A DNA stretch of 62,472 nt, filler included, from Nemertoderma westbladi (lineage: Eukaryota; Animalia; Xenacoelomorpha), in assembly GCA_032718475.1 (NCBI GenBank). It is 3 parts of 3 records of this genome, joined end to end, with 100 filler letters (N's around TTAATTAATTAA, not from the genome) between each part and the next. Parts side by side here need not be neighbours in the genome. Positions count along the whole stretch, not along the records: positions 46,603 to 62,472 come from JAUCBJ010006183.1; 2 more parts are not named here. One strand, written 5' to 3'. The notes beneath the pieces were generated by a model that saw only the letters and a list, made by a program, of their open reading frames with translations, was not told the DNA's origin and made no database searches. The position numbers were made by a program, and so were the translations under genes. Below, piece by piece: positions 46,938-57,460 of this stretch (the first letter of the stretch is position 1; each line of letters opens with the position of its first letter).

Positions 46938-49736
46938 CTATGAGGCAAGCTGAGAGAGCGAGGGGACGTTGGGGCAGTCAAGGACGTGATATCGAAAGGC
47001 ACAGGAGTTGTGGCAGTATTTGCATTGGCAGTCCGGTGTTAGTTCGTGGAATGGCTTGTTGTTAAGACACAATTTATGGTGAAAGCCGTGTGCTGTAGTT
47101 CTAGTAGTGATGTGACGGTTTTTCTGACCAGGAAGCTTCCAGGTATTGGAAGTGAAGGCAGGACCGAGAATGTATTGTTCTATGTTAAAGTTGTTAATGC
47201 GTTCGAGCCTGTGCTGTCTGTATTGGGATTGGATTTCGTTGTCGAATATGTTAGGATGTTTTTCTATAATAGATTCTACTAGTGTTGGTTCATTTACAAG
47301 TTTTAGTGCCAATGTGGTGGATGTCGAAATATGTAGACCTAACAGACGTTTAATAAATGTAGCTTTGATTTTGTCAAGTTCCTTTAGGTGCTTTACTTTT
47401 AGAAATTTTGCGAAAACTGGGAGGGCATATTCTATAATGGGTGCTATTTTTACGTTGAATATTTTAAGGCCTGTTTCTACCGAAAGTAAGGGTAACATAT
47501 TGAATGAACCGATGAGTTTGAAAGCTTTTTCCTTTTTAGACTTAATGTGGTTCGTAAAGCAGAGTGTTGGTTGTAGAATTACTCCTAAGTACTCATATTG
47601 ATTTACTATTTTGATGTTTTCGTTTCCGTATGTGAATGTGTCTGTAAGAGCTAGTCTACCCGATCGTCTGAATTTTATTATTTTAGTTTTTGTTAAGTTA
47701 ACTACCATGCCGTTTGAAGTGCACCAGTCATGTAAGATATTTAAACCAAGTTGGACATGTTCACGGTTGTTTGAGTACAGTACGAGATCGTCAGCATAGA
47801 ATACAAACCTAAGTAAAGATATTGTTCGTCGTAAGAGGTATGCGAGATCGGCTATAAAAATAATAAATAATGTAGGTGATAGGCAGTCCCCTTGTAAAAC
47901 CCCCCGTAATTGGCGTATAATGTTAGATAGTCTGAGCCCGTCATAAATGCGAATGTTGTTGCCGAGTAAATCCCGTATTATGTCATAGAGTTTGCCCTTT
48001 ACTCCAAAGTGGTAAAGTTTGTATAGAAGCTGTACACGACAGACCATATCGAAGGCTTTACTGAAGTCAATGAAAGCAGCGTAGATATGGCGGTCGCCTA
48101 CATTGTCAGAGAGTAAAGCAGAGTGAATGTCTAGGAGTAACTTCTCGATTGCTTGGATGGTTGATTTTCCAGTTACGAATCCATACTGTTCGTCAGGGAG
48201 TAGATGTGAGAGGAATGTACGAATTCGTTTGTTTATAATCGATGTTAGTGTCTTCAGTAAAACAGAGAGTAGGGCGATGCCACGGTAGTTGTCTGGGTTA
48301 GTTATGGAGCCTTTGCCCTTATATAATATATTAATTATACTTCCTTTCCACACGGTCGGTATTCGTCCTACGTTGAGACACAGGTTATATATCAATGTAA
48401 TTAGTACTAGTATGTATGGTAGCGTTTGTTTAAGATGCTCGTAGTAAATGTTGTCAGAGCCGCATGCTTTGTTATTTGTGGATGACTGTATAGTTTGTGC
48501 GACTTCTTCCTCAGTGATAGGAGCGTTGTACCAGTCAACAGAGTTGCGTTCCTCGGTGGTTACTGTGGGAGTATCGGGGCTGTTGTTAATGTTATTTGGA
48601 GAGCCTACTATTTTCCTAAAGTGTAATTCCAATCTATCAGAGTCAATTGGGGCTATAGACGGTTTCCTCTCCTTGAGTAAAGTCCATGGTTGTATCTCGG
48701 CGTTGTCAATGCGTTTCAGTAGTTGTTGTTCGTCATATGTTTTCTTTTTCGATTTGATGAGACGCTTATATTGACGGCGTGTATTCCAGAAGTGTAAATT
48801 CGATGCCTCAGAGCTTTTGCGATTAGTCATTGCGAGGGTAAGTTTGTGTTTTAATTGAGTGCAGTCTGAGTCGAACCAGGGTTTAGATGGTTCGGTATGG
48901 ATGCGTTTAGGTAAGGTCGAGTCCGTAATTAACTCCGTTAATAGTGTAGTAGCGGTGTCGATGTCAGGCGCGTTTGTTTCTAACAGTCCTCCTAGCTGTA
49001 ATACGTTGTGGTGTTGCTGGAGTTTATTTGTATCTATTTTCCTACTTAAACGAGGGGTCCTGCCATGTGAATCTACTGGTGGGGTTAGCAAGTCAATAGA
49101 TAATATTGTGCGTTGATGTTTCCTGATTGGATTATTTATTGTGGTTGTGCATGGGATGTTAGTTGGGACAACACCAGGGTATTTAATAAATAATAAATCG
49201 ATCACGCTATCCCCTTGAGGGGATATATATGTAGGAGTGCTGTCTGATGTCGTACAGATAAGTCCAAGGTTGAGTAGGTTATGTGACAGATCAGAACCAC
49301 GTGAACCAGAGTCGAGTCTACAGTTAAAGTCACCCCCCAGGATTATAGTTAAGTCTGTTGTAGTGTAAGTGAGTGCGTCAGTAATTACCAGTAATATGTC
49401 GGCTACAGCTAAATCAGGGTGGAAGTATGCAACAATGAAGTATGCAGATACTGTTTTTATAACTATATAATCTACAGTTTGTACTATGAGAGAAGGGTTA
49501 AGTTGGGGTTTGCATAGAATCATTAGCCCCCCGGTCGGCCGACCACGGGCTGCTTGTGCGGCGGGCTGAATGAATGGGTAGTATCCGGGACAGTCAAATT
49601 GAGTGTCAGGGTACAGCGTCTCCGTTAGCAGCAGAACGTCGAAGTTGCCATATAGTTCGTCGTTTGTGAGATTCTCGTTGAGATACTTTAAACCCTCTAC
49701 ATTCCATAGAGAAGTGTGTATGCTATTGGTAGTCTG
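46938..49736 (-). CDS. LINE ORF2: APE endonuclease, reverse transcriptase and C-terminal Cys/His motif (932 codons open; first ATG at codon 72)
   Basis: SLWNVEGL, DVLLLTET, GGDFN, SVIDL; NYRGIALL, FIDFSKAFD, GVLQGDCLSP, YADD, YLGV; CKYC...HVLDC. Confidence 0.9.
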   Translation of the reverse strand, partial: QTTNSIHTSLWNVEGLKYLNENLTNDELYGNFDVLLLTETLYPDTQFDCPGYYPFIQPAAQAARGRPTGGLMILCKPQLNPSLIVQTVDYIVIKTVSAYFIVAYFHPDLAVADILLVITDALTYTTTDLTIILGGDFNCRLDSGSRGSDLSHNLLNLGLICTTSDSTPTYISPQGDSVIDLLFIKYPGVVPTNIPCTTTINNPIRKHQRTILSIDLLTPPVDSHGRTPRLSRKIDTNKLQQHHNVLQLGGLLETNAPDIDTATTLLTELITDSTLPKRIHTEPSKPWFDSDCTQLKHKLTLAMTNRKSSEASNLHFWNTRRQYKRLIKSKKKTYDEQQLLKRIDNAEIQPWTLLKERKPSIAPIDSDRLELHFRKIVGSPNNINNSPDTPTVTTEERNSVDWYNAPITEEEVAQTIQSSTNNKACGSDNIYYEHLKQTLPYILVLITLIYNLCLNVGRIPTVWKGSIINILYKGKGSITNPDNYRGIALLSVLLKTLTSIINKRIRTFLSHLLPDEQYGFVTGKSTIQAIEKLLLDIHSALLSDNVGDRHIYAAFIDFSKAFDMVCRVQLLYKLYHFGVKGKLYDIIRDLLGNNIRIYDGLRLSNIIRQLRGVLQGDCLSPTLFIIFIADLAYLLRRTISLLRFVFYADDLVLYSNNREHVQLGLNILHDWCTSNGMVVNLTKTKIIKFRRSGRLALTDTFTYGNENIKIVNQYEYLGVILQPTLCFTNHIKSKKEKAFKLIGSFNMLPLLSVETGLKIFNVKIAPIIEYALPVFAKFLKVKHLKELDKIKATFIKRLLGLHISTSTTLALKLVNEPTLVESIIEKHPNIFDNEIQSQYRQHRLERINNFNIEQYILGPAFTSNTWKLPGQKNRHITTRTTAHGFHHKLCLNNKPFHELTPDCQCKYCHNSCAFRYHVLDCPNVPSLSQLAS

Positions 49737-50693
49737 TCAATGTGGGGTTGCGCTATCAGTACCGGTATTAACGGGGCCGAAAGTAACATTCGCAGATCCA
49801 GGATCGCTCTGGATGTTCAACGGCGCTCGTCGACGTAAACCGAGTTGTTCCCGTTCCTTGCCAGAGAGGCGGTAGTTCCTAATGGATATTCCCTCGTCCC
49901 AGGTTTCGGGGTTCATCAGCAGCGCTCGCTGTTCCTGACTGCAGATCAGATGGAAGCTCGCATACTGTGAATCGTCTCTGATGGGAATCGGGTTGATGCT
50001 CTCGAATGGAATCTCCTCGCTGTTTAGGTAGTTGGTGATAACTTCTCCAGTGACAGAAGGGTGCAGTCTGCCTACAAAGATATGTGCCCTGTTTGATTCC
50101 TCTGTGCGTTGTGGAGGATGGACCACCCGCAGTGGTCCACCTACCTTTGTGCCACGGATTGTCGTTGGACGTTGGCGCGGTTGTCGCTGTGTCTGGGGTG
50201 ATTCGTTAAGATTAGTCGGCCGGGGTGCTGGATTATAAATCGTGTGTGTCGGTAGAGGCTGCCCGCTGAAGCGGCCAGGTGCTGGGCGTTGTTGGGACTG
50301 TTCGGTGGCGCCGGCTACAGAGCCTGCCAGGGCGGACGATTGGACTTGTGTGGCGGTCCTGTGCACAGCGGTGCGATCATCAGAGACGTTACTTAAGGGG
50401 CCGCTAACAACAGAGCTCCATAGGCGGGGACCCTGAGGCGGATTTAGTTGGGAATAACTATTTTGGAGATTGTCGATCAGCTTGTTCTTGCTGGCTAGCG
50501 CTTCCTTCTGAGCATCGACCGCGGTTTGCCTTGCCTCGGCTATATCGCCCAATGCACTGGTGTATAAAGCAGTTAACGATGATAATAGGTCTGTAACATG
50601 TTTCTCGTCGTCGTTAGACATGCTTTTCTTCCCTTTAATTGAACGGATTAGGGAGGAGATCTCGCTTTGAACACTAACAAACTTGTTCGCCAT
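49737..50693 (-). CDS. LINE ORF1 (coiled coil plus RRM-like C-terminal domain), 318 aa
   Basis: N-terminal helical/coiled region; HIFVGRLHPSVT..ITNYL...YASFHLI...LMNPETWDEGISIRNY typical of LINE ORF1 RRM-like domains. Confidence 0.8.
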   Translation of the reverse strand: MANKFVSVQSEISSLIRSIKGKKSMSNDDEKHVTDLLSSLTALYTSALGDIAEARQTAVDAQKEALASKNKLIDNLQNSYSQLNPPQGPRLWSSVVSGPLSNVSDDRTAVHRTATQVQSSALAGSVAGATEQSQQRPAPGRFSGQPLPTHTIYNPAPRPTNLNESPQTQRQPRQRPTTIRGTKVGGPLRVVHPPQRTEESNRAHIFVGRLHPSVTGEVITNYLNSEEIPFESINPIPIRDDSQYASFHLICSQEQRALLMNPETWDEGISIRNYRLSGKEREQLGLRRRAPLNIQSDPGSANVTFGPVNTGTDSATPH

Positions 50694-51554
50694 ATCAGCG
50701 TAATCGAATTATTTAGTCAAAAAGCATCTGCTATTATATGTAGGCCTATTAGTGTACTATGTACTGCTGTTAAATTATTAAGAAAAGTGCATGAAAATTA
50801 TTGAAGCTTATGAAATTACCTTTCATATAAAGCAAAAATTGCAAAAAACAGTTAAGAAATGGCGGGGGAGTTTGTATTTTTCGTGCGAAAAAATGTCATT
50901 CTGAGATAATCGCCTTCTAAGTTCAAACCTTCCCGCGCTGTATGGGTGTCTAGTTGGTTAATAGTGTCTGACATGAAGGAAGCCACCGAGCTAAAATTAT
51001 TTATAGGGGTTTTCGGGTTCGCTGATTTCATTTCCGATGTCAGTTTTTTATATTTACAAGTACTTAAATAATATAATTATCAATTAATATTAATGGTTCT
51101 TCAAGCGTTCACTTTAATTTATTTTTTTTATATTTGTTCGAATGTAGTCTGTCTCGAGATCCAAAAGAGTTCTCTCTAAACCGTTTTGGGATTTTAAATC
51201 CCCATTAAGTTCTGCTCTAGATGCAATAAGGAACAAATTACTGAAATTTTTAGCGAGGGGGGGGGAGCAACACACCCCCCCCCCCCCCCCCTCCCCCTAA
51301 ACAAAGTATAACCATTCCCTGATGTCCACAGTCCTAACTCATGCCGCGTTACCTATTAATACAATAAAAGTAACTAATTGTACAACATTGTACATCCATA
51401 CAATAATAAGTTATTATTATTGCATTTAATTCGTACGCATTATTAAAGAACATATTATTTTTCTGGTGTCTTTATTAATATCAACCGCCGTATGTCATAG
51501 ATCGAGTTCCAAATGTGAGGTGATCGACGAAGTAAATGAGGTCAGCTTACCGTT

Positions 51555-51625
51555 GTATGTCTGTCTGTCTGTATGTCTGTCTGTATGTCTGTCTGTCTGT
51601 CTTTTCTGTCTGTCTGTTTGTCTTT
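51555..51625. repeat. (CTGT)n microsatellite
   Basis: Imperfect TGTC tetramer run. Confidence 0.8.
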
Positions 51626-51763
51626 CTTCTAATATTTGAAGGCTAATAACCTTTGTTGAATTTAAACCAATTTTGGTACACATGTAATCTGTCAGAAGTC
51701 TGAAATATCATTTGCGTGGGTGGACTCATCATTTCTCCAGCTAAAGGTTTTGTGATATTTTAG

Positions 51764-52026
51764 TTTCCACCGGCCCCGGTTGAAGTGACGAATAATTTAA
51801 GGCGAACTCCTCAAACTACCCAATCGGAATCTTCTGCAAACCACGCAGTAGATAATGTTCACTCATCATCTACCGAATACACAACCAATCAGATCTCTAA
51901 TATCAACGAGAATGACTCTAATGAGAGAAATTATCGCGATTTACAGTTGCCAGGCATCAACCAGTTAGCCAACTCTCAGCATACAACTCCATCTGTTACA
52001 GTCGGCGTAGGAAAGTCAGATGAAAC
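51764..52026 (+). CDS. AMFR: AMFR/gp78-like gene, putative internal exon (low-complexity linker)
   Basis: TTTTAG acceptor, open frame FPPAPVEVTNN...VGKSDE, and a phase-2 donor AC|GTTAGT compatible with the next exon. No conserved motif in this exon. Confidence 0.45.
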
Positions 52027-52194
52027 GTTAGTTGTTATGATCATTTATTAAATTATTAAATTATTAAGAATGCGCGGGTCTGTTAGTAGCTGAACTGTAT
52101 CAGACTGCTTTGGTCTAAGTCTTGGTGTGGGTCTAAGTCTCGGTATTGTGCAATGTACTTTTTTATACTTATTAATACTTTTGTTTACCACCAG

Positions 52195-52353
52195 GATTCT
52201 TGGCTTTCCACATACCTCTCACACAGAGGGCAGTGCCAATGACACGCCCACTAACTCGGAATGCCCGGTGGGCTATCGTTTCTCTAAAAGTCCCGCGGAA
52301 AGACAAAATATATTGGCATTACGGAAGCGTCGCTTGATAGAACGAGCTAAACA
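52195..52353 (+). CDS. AMFR: AMFR/gp78-like gene, exon encoding the Ube2G2-binding region (G2BR)
   Basis: CCAG acceptor; GYRFSKSPAERQNILALRKRRLIERAK resembles gp78 SRFSKSADERQRMLVQRKDELLQQAR; CA|GTGAGT donor. AUP1 also has a G2BR and is the alternative identity. Confidence 0.68.
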
Positions 52354-53248
52354 GTGAGTTTTACGCCATTAAATATTATTATTAAGTTAACTTTTTATTT
52401 TACGAAAACAACTAACATTTTTGTCAGTCAGTTTAATTTCATACCAAGGAAGATTAAAACCATATTTTTTCGGTGCCGAAGACGGAAGATGAGTTCTGTT
52501 ACTATTTCGAGGAAATTAGAATTGCAATGAGGATAAAAAAGATTTGGTATCTTGTTGTAAAATGTTGCTACCGGTATCACTTTTCATAGACAAAACAACA
52601 CATTCGTCCATTAGATCAATGCAGTACTATATCTCCTCACTGACTTCCTCAGACTTATTGGATCGGAGATATAAAGCCAAAATTGCATCCAAAGTGCAAC
52701 ACTTGCTGGGTATATTGTATACCGCACAGCTATACAGATTGTAATATTAGTTAGAGAACATTATGGTTCAGTAACTCATTTGCAAAATTTCCTGGTGCAA
52801 AAATAAGGAAGTTTAAAACACCCATAATTTCGCTTTTCTGAACAAAGTGCAGATTTTTTTACAGATTAGGAATCTCCAAAACATCTTTCCATTGTTACCA
52901 CCCAAGGACTTCTAGAACCTAGTATTTAATAAGATTTCTAGAAATATTAGGATGATGGGCCTATATTAAAACACTTCCAGGAGCTTGCTTTACCATAATT
53001 TATAATTATGACGGTTGGTGTTTGATACACAAAGTTAACCCACCTTTCTTCCCCTCCTGTCGGTAACATTACACACACCTATACTCTCATATGCCACGAA
53101 AACATATCCCCAATGGTTTGCAAATTAATTAATTTGATTAATAATTAAAATACAATTCAATACTCTTTTGCATAACAGTTCAATGGCATACTAATTAATT
53201 ATGAATCTAAGTATACGGTTGATGTTGGTTAGGTACGATATAGTAAGT

Positions 53249-56059
53249 TTATTTAACTTGGCTCGTTCTTCTCTCCATCTTGTTTGCGGACGAGATGGGT
53301 GTCTCTTCCGTTTGTTGACTCTTTACCCTACGTCCCCTGGTGGGCTGTACTCCCCTCATGCTATCCGCCATGCCCGGAAGTTTGGAGAAGTAATTGCGCG
53401 CCATCGAGTGTTTGGCCTGTATCTTCTGCGTGAAAGCCTCCCCGTAGCCCTCACGGATGTCATCGAGTTTAATATGAGCCGAGGCCTCGTCCTTGGTAAG
53501 CAGCACGCAGTTCCACGGGCTCCACTCCTTCAGTTTGTTCCATCGGATGAACACTAGATCGTACAGATCGTCCCAGGCGCTCAACGCGCTCTGACTCAGC
53601 CACACATCCTCCACAAGGTACTGCAGGTCTTCCTCCTGCAGGATGTAACACGTTCTAGAATTATCCGAATAAGTGGTCTCTGTTCGACGCAATACTTCCA
53701 GCATGTTCTTGTAGATGCTGTAGTCCAAACGGGTGCGCGCGTCGTTGTCTGTTTTTATGCAACGTCGGCATTTACCTGAGACTCTGGAGTTGCTGGAGAG
53801 TGGGAATTCAACAGAGGGTAGGTAACTCGAGCAACTCGAGCAGAAATAGACGTTGTGGCGCAGTTGTGCGGCGTCTTGCGGGACTTTGAGTAAACGCGCC
53901 GCTTCTGGGTTAAAAGTCGGCGTCTTACAATACTGGAGGAAGAGTGTTACTATCCGTTTCCTGAGACCATCTAAGTTCTTCTCCTTCACGCCTCTCATGA
54001 GAAGGTCGGCCTCTCTGTCGATGAGTTCTATAATATCTTGTGTGAGTTTACAGTCGTGTTCCCTCACCGTGTGTTTCAACGACAACAGCACGTCCAGACG
54101 CTCGTCCTGCGTCAAATACTTCATCTGCAAGCTGATCAGCATCTCCTTTAGCTCCATCGCGCGTTTCGTGTACGGCGTCTCCATCTGCGTCACTTTTCCG
54201 TCGAAAGTTTTCCAACGTTTTGGCGCCGACGCCTTCTCCATAAACTCGATGACCTGTCTCTTATCATTGTCCCTGCTCGCTTCCAGCTTGTGTCGCCCTA
54301 TGGCGGCCAACAGTTGCGTTTCCTGGTCCAGCAACCAGCACAACGCGGCCTTCCTCGCGGCACCGCTTTTAGTATCATTGATCTCATCCAATTGCTCCTG
54401 ACGCCATTTCTCTAATGCGCTGTACAACAAATCGAAGTCCTCTTTGGACCGCGGATTCATCCGGCGCTCGAATTCCTCTCGGATCCGCGCCTCTTTGTCT
54501 CGTCTCTTCCGGACCTCCTCCTGTCTCTCCCACTCTAGCCTCCGCTCCCTGTCCTCCCGCAGTTGCCGAACCAACCGTTTAGCAGCGAGCATCCTGAACC
54601 AGCTCTGTAGCCGCACGCAGGCCGCCAGTTTCCGTGACATCAGCTGATCCGCAGTCTCGTAGCGTCGCGGTTCCAACAGTTTGTCCGTCGCGTTGGATAC
54701 ATACACCCCGATATCGGTCATCTGGGTGGAGGTCTCGCGATTGGTCTGCTGCACACGCAGTCTCTGTATGGCAGTCTGTGAATCCCTGTTGAACACATCA
54801 ACTGTTTTTTGCTTGATCGGCTTGGGGTTGGTCTGTACACTGGCGTTGTGGTACTCGACCCCTGTGGATTTATGCCGATACCCCCCAAGGAAGGGCTTCC
54901 TCCTGCTGTCCCTCTCAATCTCCACTACTATGTGCTTCTTGCACCCGTCCAGCTGTTCGACCATCACGGTTATCACGTCCGGCATCTGATAGTCGGGTTG
55001 TTTCGTCAGCTGCGGCATGGGGTAGGCCTTGGGGTCGCTGGATCCGATCTCTAGCTGGACGGTAGCGTTCCTAGGGACCCCCAAGGACGCCAGACTCCGC
55101 GAACCTTCCAACATCCCACCCTCCATCATCAACATTAGGTAGTTATCGGGAATCTTCGTCTCCGCGGCAAAGAATTGCCGTATATCTGCGAGGGTTGTAG
55201 ATAGCGGATAGGCCTTCGTTATCACCTGACCCATAGGTATTAGGACGCATTTAACTGTGGCTATTCCGTCCAACATTTGTGCTTCTTCGTTTGGGCTCTG
55301 GAGTTGACTAGTTTGTTGAAAGTTTATATCAACATCGGTTGACGAATCAACAGGTTTTTGCTGCTGTACATTGTCATCAGTTTGTTTGTCTTCCGGTTCC
55401 TTAGAATCGTCCTGCAAATCTGTTCCCTTTCTATCGGATTCGTCAATTTGTTTTGCTGTTTCGGCTTTATTATCATGAGTGACTTCTACAACTCCAATGG
55501 GTTCTGCCTGTTTACCTGCGTTATCTGCTTCGGCTGTTTCCTCTTTAGTAACGACATCATCCCCAACTACCACATCGGTTGATTTAGCTTCGTCACTATC
55601 TTTATGATCTTCAACTTCATCTGTTTCTTTAACGTCATCTGATACTTTAACTTCATCTGTTTCTTTAACTTCATCTGTTTCTTTAACTTCATCTGATTCT
55701 TTAACTTCATCTGATTCTTTAACTTCATCTGTTTCTTTAACTTCATCTGATTCTTTAACTTCATCTGATTCTTTAACTTCGTCTGATTCTTTAACTTCAA
55801 CTGCTTCTTTAACTTCATCTGATTCTTTAACTTCAACTGCTTCTTTAACTTCAACTGCTTCTTTAACTTCATCTGATTCTTTAACTGCAATTTCTTCTTT
55901 ACCTTCCTGATCACCTATTGCCCCCGTACCATCATTCTCTTGATTCTCTATATCTACATTATCCTTGGTGTCGCTTTCATCGGGTTTATCGCTTATAACT
56001 TCAGTGTGTTCGTCGGCCGTTTTATTGTCAGTATTCATCTCGTCAGATAAATTCGACAT
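53249..56059 (-). CDS. IQUB: IQ motif and ubiquitin-like domain-containing protein (ciliary radial spoke), single exon, 936 aa
   Basis: Ubiquitin-like domain (ATVKCVLIPMGQVIT...), KPFLGGYRHKSTGVEYHNASVQT, IQ motif (VRLQSWFRMLAAKR), RRMNPRSKEDFDLLY, DERLDVLLSLKHTV, CxxC..CxxC, WSPWNCVLLT. Confidence 0.95.
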   Translation of the reverse strand: MSNLSDEMNTDNKTADEHTEVISDKPDESDTKDNVDIENQENDGTGAIGDQEGKEEIAVKESDEVKEAVEVKEAVEVKESDEVKEAVEVKESDEVKESDEVKESDEVKETDEVKESDEVKESDEVKETDEVKETDEVKVSDDVKETDEVEDHKDSDEAKSTDVVVGDDVVTKEETAEADNAGKQAEPIGVVEVTHDNKAETAKQIDESDRKGTDLQDDSKEPEDKQTDDNVQQQKPVDSSTDVDINFQQTSQLQSPNEEAQMLDGIATVKCVLIPMGQVITKAYPLSTTLADIRQFFAAETKIPDNYLMLMMEGGMLEGSRSLASLGVPRNATVQLEIGSSDPKAYPMPQLTKQPDYQMPDVITVMVEQLDGCKKHIVVEIERDSRRKPFLGGYRHKSTGVEYHNASVQTNPKPIKQKTVDVFNRDSQTAIQRLRVQQTNRETSTQMTDIGVYVSNATDKLLEPRRYETADQLMSRKLAACVRLQSWFRMLAAKRLVRQLREDRERRLEWERQEEVRKRRDKEARIREEFERRMNPRSKEDFDLLYSALEKWRQEQLDEINDTKSGAARKAALCWLLDQETQLLAAIGRHKLEASRDNDKRQVIEFMEKASAPKRWKTFDGKVTQMETPYTKRAMELKEMLISLQMKYLTQDERLDVLLSLKHTVREHDCKLTQDIIELIDREADLLMRGVKEKNLDGLRKRIVTLFLQYCKTPTFNPEAARLLKVPQDAAQLRHNVYFCSSCSSYLPSVEFPLSSNSRVSGKCRRCIKTDNDARTRLDYSIYKNMLEVLRRTETTYSDNSRTCYILQEEDLQYLVEDVWLSQSALSAWDDLYDLVFIRWNKLKEWSPWNCVLLTKDEASAHIKLDDIREGYGEAFTQKIQAKHSMARNYFSKLPGMADSMRGVQPTRGRRVKSQQTEETPISSANKMERRTSQVK
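55610..55885 (-). repeat. In-frame 18-bp coding tandem repeat, (EVKE[S/T/A][D/V])n, about 14 copies
   Basis: TCTTTAACTTCATCTGAT repeated on +; acidic N-terminal region of IQUB. Confidence 0.9.
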
Positions 56060-56441
56060 TTTACTGCAAACAATCGTTAGTACGAAGTATTAGAAAATCG
56101 AAATAATTTATTCCAATATGTGTTACCGTTGGTTTGCGATAGCTGTAGTAGGACTGCAACAAGAATCCTGTCGTTAGCTAGTTGTTTATTTTAGACTGTT
56201 CCTGGTAACCAATATCTTCAACTACATTTATGTTCGATGGTTAAGTTGATAGTATAAATCTCACCATCACATTACTTAATCAATTTGTGAAAAATCTAAC
56301 AATGTTATTTATTTATTATTATTAATTAAATATATCGTGAATATACACTAACTGAGCGGTAGGTAGTTGAATCTCACTTATAAATGCGGTGCCGCAATGG
56401 TAAACATGCCAATCTGCTAAGATATTAAACTTGTTTAGATG

Positions 56442-56454
56442 GTTGCTCGGCAAC
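56442..56454. promoter_or_regulatory. RFX X-box-like palindrome upstream of IQUB
   Basis: GTTGCTCGGCAAC about 390 bp upstream of the IQUB ATG; second candidate TGTTCCTGGTAAC at 56197-56209. RFX regulation of ciliary genes is established. Confidence 0.55.
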
Positions 56455-57408
56455 CAGTAACACATTCGCTGTTATTGGTTGCTGACATAATGATGATATT
56501 TGAATTATGAGTGGCGGGAATTTAAACTATTACGCAATACATTAACAATCCCTTTATATCTTGAAATTTGTTTCATATAGGAAACAAACCGCCCAGTTTA
56601 TTTTAGCTTTTAAGTGGCATGTGTGCCAAGATGGAAAATAAACGCGAGATATTTATTAACATCCGAATTGGTTACCTCAAAATGTTAACAATTTACGCTG
56701 CTTCGTTTGTGTTTGATATAAATTCATAAAGAGAACATGCTTCGTCACCCCATACAGGATAGCCTAAATCGTATATTATAATAATAAATGAATTGTTGTG
56801 GTTGTGGGGTGGTGTGACGGTGAATTAAATATATCTAATGGAATATAACTTTATGATAGTGCTCTTCATTTTCGAACACACATCTCAACTATTTCACAAC
56901 GAAATTCAGATATTTAATCTTTCTAAGTCCACCTTTTCATTAATACCGTCGATTTGTTGCAAAAGATTGAAAACTATATAGAAATTCGTCCGTGTCGGTC
57001 CGTGTCACTAAATTAAGACACTATATTCCCAAATATGGTGTATAAAATTAATTATCCCGAAATATTATGTATTATTAGTAGAGTAAAAAAGGTAAAGTAA
57101 AGATTTCTTCGGCTGTTAGGCCAGGGATTGCGAACAAAGTCAGGCAACATATTTCCAGTGCAACCACTTCAAATCTATACTCCCCAGAGGAAACTGCTAC
57201 TAATTTCTCTACCATTTAATGATGCAAGGCATGCACCCTGGCTGGTCCCTTTAAAGCATTCGTTTTGAAATGAAAACTACCCTCGACATCCAGAGAGATG
57301 TAAATCAAAGATGTATTTAACCGCTTCGCCAAGTTGGCGAATGACTAGTACATAGTATTATTCTTTTTTTTTCGGAATCCTAATTTCATGTTATTTTCCA
57401 CTTTACAG

Positions 57409-57460
57409 GATGTATTTGGAAAAGAACAAAGAATCTATTCGAACAGCGGCTGCGGAATAA
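57409..57460 (+). CDS. AMFR: AMFR/gp78-like gene, putative terminal coding exon
   Basis: Strong acceptor TTATTTTCCACTTTACAG with CTAAT branch site. The phase-2 join gives ...IERAKQMYLEKNKESIRTAAAE*, completing the G2BR helix (gp78 ARKRFLNK). AATAAA at 57910-57915. Confidence 0.6.

Larger units (their letters stand above)
46603..50750 (-). mobile_element. Apparently intact two-ORF LINE (APE-RT-CCHC; clade uncertain, RTEX-like)
   Basis: Uninterrupted ORF1 and ORF2, a ~330-nt 3' UTR ending in a hairpin and poly(A) at the contig edge. The 5' end is approximate and the TSD is unreadable because of the gap. Confidence 0.88.

Noticed and set aside
52428-52530. Nearby alternative last exon for the AMFR-like gene (HQFNFIPRK...RRRKMSSVTISRKLELQ*)
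   Set aside because: It has a usable acceptor and phase but fits the G2BR consensus less well than 57409. Not excluded as an alternative isoform.
55567-55914. Lys-rich 115-aa ORF
   Set aside because: Alternate-frame reading of the IQUB 18-bp repeat.
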